Shown here piece after piece: positions 57,957 to 64,000 of a stretch of 64,000 nucleotides of DNA. The number at the start of each line of letters is the position of its first letter. Position 1 is the first letter of the stretch. The DNA is taken from contig JACOTW010000003.1 of NCBI GenBank assembly GCA_016178135.1, forward strand, positions 472-64,471, in the 5' to 3' direction. The position numbers and the translations under genes are program-made. Source of the DNA: Candidatus Saccharimonadota bacterium (GTDB taxonomy: Bacteria; Patescibacteriota; Saccharimonadia; Saccharimonadales; JACOTW01). Under the pieces are notes generated by a model, which worked only from the letters and a program-made list of their open reading frames with translations, was not told where the DNA came from and searched no databases.

Positions 57957-59921
57957 ATGAGTCGATTTAGTCTTGAGTCAGATTATCAGCCTACCGGTGA
58001 TCAACCGGTAGCTATTGCTAAATTGACAAAAAATCTTGAGAAAGACGTTAAAGAGCAGGTTTTGTTAGGGGTTACGGGTTCGGGGAAAACATTTTCTATG
58101 GCCAATGTGATTCAGAACGTACAAAAACCAACACTTGTACTTAGTCATAATAAAACCTTAGCAGCGCAGTTGTATGGTGAATTTAAACGTTTCTTTCCAA
58201 ACAATGCGGTGCATTATTTTGTGAGCTATTTTGACTACTATCAGCCTGAAGCCTACATTGCCCGCTCTGATACTTTCATAGAAAAGGATTCTCAAATTAA
58301 CGAAGAAATAGATCGCTTACGGCACGCGGCAACCGATGCCCTATTAAGCCGAAAGGATGTAATAATTGTTGCTAGTGTGAGCTGTATTTATGGTATTGGC
58401 TCGGTTGAGGATTATGATAATCTTGCGGTTAATTTGAAACGAGGAGAGAGGCGCATTCGAGATAAGCTTCTTAGGCAACTTACAGACATACAGTATCGAC
58501 GCAACGATGTAGATTTTCATCGAGGCGTGTTTAGGGTACGAGGAGATGTAGTTGATGTTTTTCCGGCAGGCGAGGAAGTGGCGTATAGAATTGAATTCTT
58601 TGGTGAAGAAATTGATAAAATTACCAAAATCGATCCACTAACCGGTGAAATTATAGCCAACATTGACACGTTCAAAATATTTCCAAGTTCGCACTACGTT
58701 ACACCCCAAGAAAAATTAAAAATGGCTTTAGGTAAAATTGAACGCGAGCTTGACGAAAGGTTAAATTTGTTTAAGCAGACCGGTAAGTTGCTTGAAGCTC
58801 AACGGCTGGAACAACGTACTCGTTTTGACTTGGAAATGATGGAAGAAACTGGTTTTGTGAAAGGAATTGAAAATTATAGTCGCTATCTGACAAATCGTGA
58901 GCCTGGCGAGCAACCAGCCACTTTGTTGGACTATTTTCCGGATGATTTCTTGATGTTTGTTGACGAATCACACATGACCATTCCACAGATTCGTGGAATG
59001 TACAACGGCGATCGGGCACGCAAGGAAGTGTTAGTGGAGCATGGTTTTCGCCTCCCCAGCGCGCTGGATAATCGCCCGTTAACATTTACAGAATTCGAAA
59101 AGCACATAAATCAAGTCGTGTATGTGAGCGCAACGCCCGCACAGTATGAAATATCCCGTAGTCCAGAACCAGTTCAGCAGGTTATTAGACCGACTTGGTT
59201 GGTCGATCCGAAGATTGAAGTCCGGGCAATTGATGGGCAAATTGATGATTTAATTGGTGAAATTAGGGCAACGGTCGCCAAGCATCAACGTGTTTTGGTT
59301 ACGACTCTGACCAAAAGAATGTCCGAGGACTTGACCGAATATCTCAAGGAATTAAACATCAAAGTTACTTATTTGCACAGTGATGTGGATACGCTGGACC
59401 GGACTGACATTTTGCGTGATTTACGATTGGGGGTCTATGACGTGGTGGTTGGTATCAATTTGTTACGCGAAGGTTTGGACTTGCCAGAAGTTAGCTTGGT
59501 GGCGATTTTGGATGCTGACAAAGAAGGCTTTTTGCGAAGCGAGCAGGCACTTATACAAACAGTAGGCAGGGCGGCTAGACATCTTGATGGCAGAGTAATT
59601 ATGTACGCCGACCATATAACTGGCAGTATGCAGCGGACCCTGGATGAGACAGATCGTCGTCGTGCAATACAGCTTGCCTACAATAAGACTCACAATATTA
59701 CACCCACTGGCATATCTAAAACTGTAGAAAAAGGTATGCGACCAGATCTGCCAGAAGAAGCCAAAACAGCAAAACTTAACCTCAATAAAATTCCAAAAGA
59801 CGAGTACAAACATTTGATCAAAGACCTAACCGCCCAAATGGAACTGGCCTCCGCCAACCTAGAATTCGAAAAAGCCGCCGAACTCCGCGACATCATTGAG
59901 GATATCAAAAACAAATCTTAA
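57957..59921 (+). CDS. uvrB: Excinuclease ABC subunit B
   Basis: [36 protein letters not shown]-terminal FEKAAELRD. Confidence 0.98.
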   Translation: MSRFSLESDYQPTGDQPVAIAKLTKNLEKDVKEQVLLGVTGSGKTFSMANVIQNVQKPTLVLSHNKTLAAQLYGEFKRFFPNNAVHYFVSYFDYYQPEAYIARSDTFIEKDSQINEEIDRLRHAATDALLSRKDVIIVASVSCIYGIGSVEDYDNLAVNLKRGERRIRDKLLRQLTDIQYRRNDVDFHRGVFRVRGDVVDVFPAGEEVAYRIEFFGEEIDKITKIDPLTGEIIANIDTFKIFPSSHYVTPQEKLKMALGKIERELDERLNLFKQTGKLLEAQRLEQRTRFDLEMMEETGFVKGIENYSRYLTNREPGEQPATLLDYFPDDFLMFVDESHMTIPQIRGMYNGDRARKEVLVEHGFRLPSALDNRPLTFTEFEKHINQVVYVSATPAQYEISRSPEPVQQVIRPTWLVDPKIEVRAIDGQIDDLIGEIRATVAKHQRVLVTTLTKRMSEDLTEYLKELNIKVTYLHSDVDTLDRTDILRDLRLGVYDVVVGINLLREGLDLPEVSLVAILDADKEGFLRSEQALIQTVGRAARHLDGRVIMYADHITGSMQRTLDETDRRRAIQLAYNKTHNITPTGISKTVEKGMRPDLPEEAKTAKLNLNKIPKDEYKHLIKDLTAQMELASANLEFEKAAELRDIIEDIKNKS

Positions 59922-59988
59922 AACCGTGGATTTTCTAATGCCAGATTCACTCTTACGATATCAATGCCCGAATGTACTTAGTTAGACC

Positions 59989-60408
59989 TTGATGATTGTA
60001 ACCCAACAGGTTTTTCTGGACGACGTCTATATTGGACGTACCGTAAAAAGAAGGTATAGTCCCCGCAAAACAAATTCGTGGGTTTTTGAAGCAATGATCT
60101 TTGAGCCAAAAACTGACTTTTCCCAGAGAGACATATCCTTAGATACGTTGAACGAGGAAAGGCGGTTTTGGGCCAAAGAGGGTGATTCGAAAAGTGCGGT
60201 TTTTCAGGAAGAAATCGCAGGAGGATTTTCGGTATGGGTGCCTGATTTGCCTGGTTGTGCATCTCAAGGCGAAACTTTAGAAGAAGCACTCAAAAATATT
60301 AAGGAAGCCATAGAGCTTTACCTGGAAGATAGCCCAGCCACCGAAGACGCGACCGACTATAACTATAGACGTCAGTTCGTGGTGCCCGTCAGACTAGCAC
60401 ATGCCTAA
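59989..60408 (+). CDS. hicB: HicB antitoxin with in-frame family D insertion
   Basis: RRY[insert]SAVFQEEIAGGFSVWVPDLPGCASQGETLEEALKNIKEAIELYLE; start uncertain. Confidence 0.85.
   Translation: MMIVTQQVFLDDVYIGRTVKRRYSPRKTNSWVFEAMIFEPKTDFSQRDISLDTLNEERRFWAKEGDSKSAVFQEEIAGGFSVWVPDLPGCASQGETLEEALKNIKEAIELYLEDSPATEDATDYNYRRQFVVPVRLAHA
60055..60194. repeat. Family D repeat copy 2
   Basis: One mismatch to 15303-15442. Confidence 0.92.
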
Positions 60409-60625
60409 ACTACCTCAAGTATCCGCAGCCGACTTAACGCATGCGTTTCGTAAGATGGGTTTTGTGAAAATCGGACAAAAAGGTAGCCACATTAAAATGC
60501 GTGACACACATGGACGAACAGCGATTATCCCCAACCATAAGAGTATTAAGCCCGGTACACTGAAGAAGGGTATATTAAACCCACTTGGCATTACTGTAGA
60601 GGAACTTATAAAACATTTAAAGTAA
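60401..60625 (+). CDS. hicA: HicA toxin (mRNA interferase)
   Basis: GF..IGQKGSHIKMR..IIPNHKSIKPGTLKKGIL. Confidence 0.92.
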   Translation: MPKLPQVSAADLTHAFRKMGFVKIGQKGSHIKMRDTHGRTAIIPNHKSIKPGTLKKGILNPLGITVEELIKHLK

Positions 60626-60815
60626 TACCGTGGTGTAATCCTATTCGCAACCTATAGCAATCCCAAAACAAAACACACATTTTGAGACGTGCCTTGACGG
60701 CCCAAAATTGTCATTCCTCATTCACAGTATCTACCGATATGCTTTGTCGCAAAACAGTCATTTTTAGTCTACCTAGGGCTCATCTAAATTTCGTCATTTC
60801 GTTATGGGATGGCTA

Positions 60816-60910
60816 TAACCGCCCAAATGGAACTAGCCTCCGCCAACCTAGAATTCGAAAAAGCCGCCGAACTCCGCGACATTGTGACAGACATAAAATC
60901 CAAACTCTAA
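60816..60910 (+). repeat. Duplicated, alternative uvrB 3' end
   Basis: 60816-60882 matches 59827-59893 (67 bp, one mismatch), then continues IVTDIKSKL-stop. Confidence 0.92.
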
Positions 60911-60941
60911 AAGGTATCTTGGTAGACACTTATTATATAGG

Positions 60942-61101
60942 CTGGACCTGTCGCAAAACTCCTCCATCCCCAGATCGAATTATATCGGCTGCAAACAGTT
61001 TTTCTTCTCTCAATGTAGCTACGGCTACCTCTCCGCCAGATAAAACTGTTTTCGCTCGAGATAATTCACTCTGGGAACGGACGATTTTGCGACAGGTCCA
61101 G
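60942..61101. repeat. Family A element (160 bp)
   Basis: CTGGACCTGTCGCAAAA...TTTTGCGACAGGTCCAG; flanks TAGG/TAGA. Confidence 0.95.
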
Positions 61102-61185
61102 TAGACATATCAGATCGAATTATATATCGGGTATACTTACGGAATTTCGGAAGTCCTGTACAGCTCTGTTATACTAGGAGAACGT

Positions 61186-61479
61186 ATGGCGAAATTGTCT
61201 AAAGATGATGTATTAAAATTGGCTCGATTGGCTCGCTTGCAGTTAAGTGATGGCGAGGTTGATCAGTTTAGACAAGAAATTGAGGCGATATTAGGCTATG
61301 TTGAACAGCTTGGGGAGGTAGATTTGACTGACTTTGAGCCGACCAATCAAGTAACGGGGCTGACAAATGTTATGAGACCGGATGTAATTAAAAACTATGG
61401 GGTGACTCCCAGAGAGTTGCTGAAGAATGCTCCAGCTACTCAGGAGGGTCATATCAAAGTCAGAAGGATGCTGACTTGA
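61186..61479 (+). CDS. gatC: Asp/Glu-tRNA amidotransferase subunit C
   Basis: DVLKLARLARL, ILGYVEQL, NVMRPD, LLKNAP. Confidence 0.93.
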   Translation: MAKLSKDDVLKLARLARLQLSDGEVDQFRQEIEAILGYVEQLGEVDLTDFEPTNQVTGLTNVMRPDVIKNYGVTPRELLKNAPATQEGHIKVRRMLT

Positions 61480-62906
61480 GCCAGTGGCAATCGATTACTA
61501 AGCTAGCAAATGACGTTCAATCTGGCAGGACCAGCGCGAGTGCCTTGGTTGATCAGGCGCTTCAGACAATTGAAGACAAAAAAGAGTTTAACGCCGTAAT
61601 TGTGTCGATTACCGAGCGCGCAAGAGAGCGCGCCAAAAATATTGATAATCGGGTAACCAATGGTGAAACAATTGGCAGACTAGCTGGCGTTCCGTTTATT
61701 GCCAAAGATAATTTTTTGACATTTGGTTCAGACACTACCGCTGCCAGTAATATACTAAAAGGTTTCAAGGCTCCTTATCAGTCGACCGCCATTGAAAGAT
61801 TGGAAGCGGAAGGGGCGATTTGCGTTGCCAAGGCTAATCTGGACGCTTTCGCGCATGGCTCATCAACCGAAAATAGTGATTTTATGACGACCAAAAATCC
61901 TCATGATCCTACCCGTGTGCCCGGCGGCTCTTCTGGTGGATCGGCGGCGGCGGTTATTTTAGATATGGCGCCATTCGCCCTCGGCACGGACACCGGTGGC
62001 TCTATCCGTTTGCCAGCGTCCTTTTGTGGTGCCGTTGGCTATAAGCCAACTTACGGTTTGGTTTCACGTAGCGGTGTTGTGGCTATGGCGAGTAGCACGG
62101 ACGTGATTGGGCCATTGACTCGGACGGTAGAGGATGCGGCTCTGGTTTTGGATGTCATGGCCGGTAAAGATGCCTTAGATTCAACCACGATTGATCGTGA
62201 TCCGACCAGTTACCAAACATCTACTACCAACTACAAATTGGCTAATGCCAAAATCGGTGTTATTCGTGAATATATGGCCGAGGGGCTTGATCCTGGCGTA
62301 AAAAAACAAATTGAAAACGCTATTGAAAAACTGAAAGTTGCCGGAGCTACAGTTAGTGAAATCAGTCTGCCATCACTTCCACTGGCGTTAGCTTGTTATT
62401 ACATAATCATGCCGGCAGAAGTTAGTAGTAACTTGTCGCGCTATGATGGTCAGCGTTATGGATTTTCACACCCCAAAGCAACGTCTTTAGACGATAGTTA
62501 TAATTGGTCTAGAACAGAGGGGTTTGGCAGAGAAGCCAAGCGACGGATTATGATCGGTACTTATGTTTTAAGTAGTGGCTATTACGATGCTTACTATAAA
62601 AAAGCTCAACAACTACGCACTAAGCTGATTGACGAGTTTAGCCAGGCTTTTCGTACGGTTGATTTTATGATTGGCCCAACAGCGCCTACACCTGCGTTTG
62701 AGATCGGGCAAAATATTAGCGATCCGCTCAAAATGTACCTAACGGATATTATGACGGTCGCCGCTAATTTAGTAGGTCTACCAGCAATCAGTATTCCGAT
62801 TGGCCAGATTGATGGTTTACCGATTGGGTTGCAACTTATGGCTGCCCAAAATAAAGATCGGCATTTACTTGGACTAGCTAAAGCAACTGAAGGGATTTTG
62901 AGTTGA
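61476..62906 (+). CDS. gatA: Asp/Glu-tRNA amidotransferase subunit A
   Basis: PGGSSGGSAAAV, GTDTGGSIRLPA, YYDAYYKKAQ. Confidence 0.96.
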   Translation: MSQWQSITKLANDVQSGRTSASALVDQALQTIEDKKEFNAVIVSITERARERAKNIDNRVTNGETIGRLAGVPFIAKDNFLTFGSDTTAASNILKGFKAPYQSTAIERLEAEGAICVAKANLDAFAHGSSTENSDFMTTKNPHDPTRVPGGSSGGSAAAVILDMAPFALGTDTGGSIRLPASFCGAVGYKPTYGLVSRSGVVAMASSTDVIGPLTRTVEDAALVLDVMAGKDALDSTTIDRDPTSYQTSTTNYKLANAKIGVIREYMAEGLDPGVKKQIENAIEKLKVAGATVSEISLPSLPLALACYYIIMPAEVSSNLSRYDGQRYGFSHPKATSLDDSYNWSRTEGFGREAKRRIMIGTYVLSSGYYDAYYKKAQQLRTKLIDEFSQAFRTVDFMIGPTAPTPAFEIGQNISDPLKMYLTDIMTVAANLVGLPAISIPIGQIDGLPIGLQLMAAQNKDRHLLGLAKATEGILS

Positions 62907-63343
62907 ATACAGGAGTTTTAATTATGATTGCTACAGGAGGCGTTTTATTGTTTATTGGCGGATTGTTGATATTGCGACGTATGCCCAAAAAACTGAAACC
63001 GGAATATTTTACTGCAAACTGGCGAGAGCTTCAATCACTATGCGGTGATAGAGCTACTTGGCCACTGGCGCTCTTAGATGCTGATAAGTTACTCGATACA
63101 GCACTAAAGCGTCGACGATTTAAAGGTAAAAGTATGGGTGAGCGTATGGTTTCCGCGCAACGAGTTTTGACGGAAAACGACAGTGCTTGGTATGCCCACA
63201 ATCTAGTAAAAAAAATTGTCGCACGGCCCAATGCTAAATTATTGAAAAGAGATGTAAAACTTGCACTTATGGGTTTCAGACGAGCCTTAAGAGATTTGGG
63301 AGCACTACCAAATGAACACGAGGTAAAAAATGAAAAGTTCTAA
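62903..63343 (+). CDS. Membrane-anchored hypothetical protein
   Basis: N-terminal TM; ALLDADKLLD..GKSMGER. Confidence 0.65.
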   Translation: MNTGVLIMIATGGVLLFIGGLLILRRMPKKLKPEYFTANWRELQSLCGDRATWPLALLDADKLLDTALKRRRFKGKSMGERMVSAQRVLTENDSAWYAHNLVKKIVARPNAKLLKRDVKLALMGFRRALRDLGALPNEHEVKNEKF

Positions 63344-63361
63344 TGGGACCTGGAGAACTAA

Positions 63362-64000
63362 ATGATTTCAGACAAAGTGCAAAAACAATACACTCCAACC
63401 ATTGGGATTGAGTGCCATGTTCAACTTAAAACTAAAACTAAACTGTTTTCGGCGGCCGGCAATGACGCGCGAGAAGCGCTACCTAATACTTTGATAAGTC
63501 ATATTGATCTTGGTATGCCGGGTGCATTACCGGTTTTAAATGAAAAAGCCGTTGAACTGGGGATGAGGGCTGCTTTTGCACTAAATACAAAACCGCAGAA
63601 ATTAAGCACTTTTGATCGTAAACATTATTTTTATCCTGATTTGCCTACGGGTTATCAGATAACTCAATTTTATAATCCGATAATCAAAGGCGGTCATGTC
63701 ATAGTCAATGTAGATGGCAAGGAAATTAAGGTTAATATACACGAGGCCCATTTGGAGGCAGATGCTGGTAAAAGCATTCATCCGACCGGAAAAGACTATA
63801 GTTTAATAGACCTTAATCGTGTTGGTACGCCACTACTTGAGATTGTCTCCGAGCCTGACATGCATAGTGCCTTAGAGGCCAAGGCTTATGCCAAAGAACT
63901 TTATCTGCTTATGCGTTATGCCGAGGTGTCTGATGCTAATTTGTTTTATGGCAACATGCGTTTTGATGTAAACGTATCTATTAGTACTGATACCAATAAA
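63362..64000 (+). CDS. gatB: Asp/Glu-tRNA amidotransferase subunit B (3'-truncated by window; not in ORF track)
   Basis: Manual translation TIGIECHVQLKTKTKLF..LGMPGALPVLN..FDRKHYFYPDLPTGYQITQ. Confidence 0.95.
   Translation, partial: MISDKVQKQYTPTIGIECHVQLKTKTKLFSAAGNDAREALPNTLISHIDLGMPGALPVLNEKAVELGMRAAFALNTKPQKLSTFDRKHYFYPDLPTGYQITQFYNPIIKGGHVIVNVDGKEIKVNIHEAHLEADAGKSIHPTGKDYSLIDLNRVGTPLLEIVSEPDMHSALEAKAYAKELYLLMRYAEVSDANLFYGNMRFDVNVSISTDTNK

Noticed and set aside
60680-60810. Possible additional degenerate palindromic element after hicA
   Set aside because: Only weak arms and a short TGTCGCAAAA match; boundaries cannot be supported by eye
4488-61101. CRISPR array or integron attC interpretation of the repeats
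   Set aside because: Copies are dispersed, about 158 bp long, occur in both orientations and inside genes, carry target duplications, and no cas or integrase gene is present

Overview
Bacterial chromosomal window (about 42% GC, genetic code 11). Gene content and order, short or leaderless 5' ends and a cyo/ndh/sodN set point to Patescibacteria, most likely a soil-type Saccharibacteria (inference). Housekeeping genes include leuS, rpmF, nusB, rnc, rpsP, trmD, rarA, pheST, trxB, ppa, gap, pentose-phosphate genes, uvrB, gatCAB and tRNA-Gln. Accessory genes include cyoABCDE, NDH-2, Ni-SOD and a surface-glycosylation locus. The main feature is a dense family of ~158-bp palindromic miniature elements: 14 full family-A copies, 4 related family-B copies, plus fragments, chimeras and nested copies. 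Family A has 4-bp TNNA target duplications, so a 158-bp copy adds 162 nt (54 codons). Copies sit in frame inside otherwise intact genes: cyoD, a GT4 glycosyltransferase (x2), a flippase-like protein (x2) and a GT-C-like membrane protein (A plus B). A separate ~140-bp repeat sits in frame in HicB and in a hypothetical gene. Other notable items are an orphan Pup, a WhiB-domain protein, a probable remote DGR target gene, a hicBA islet bracketed by a duplicated uvrB 3' end, a GC-rich phage-like gene segment, LeuRS with a NUDIX insertion and an rpe-transketolase fusion. All coordinates were counted by eye and no database searches were run.
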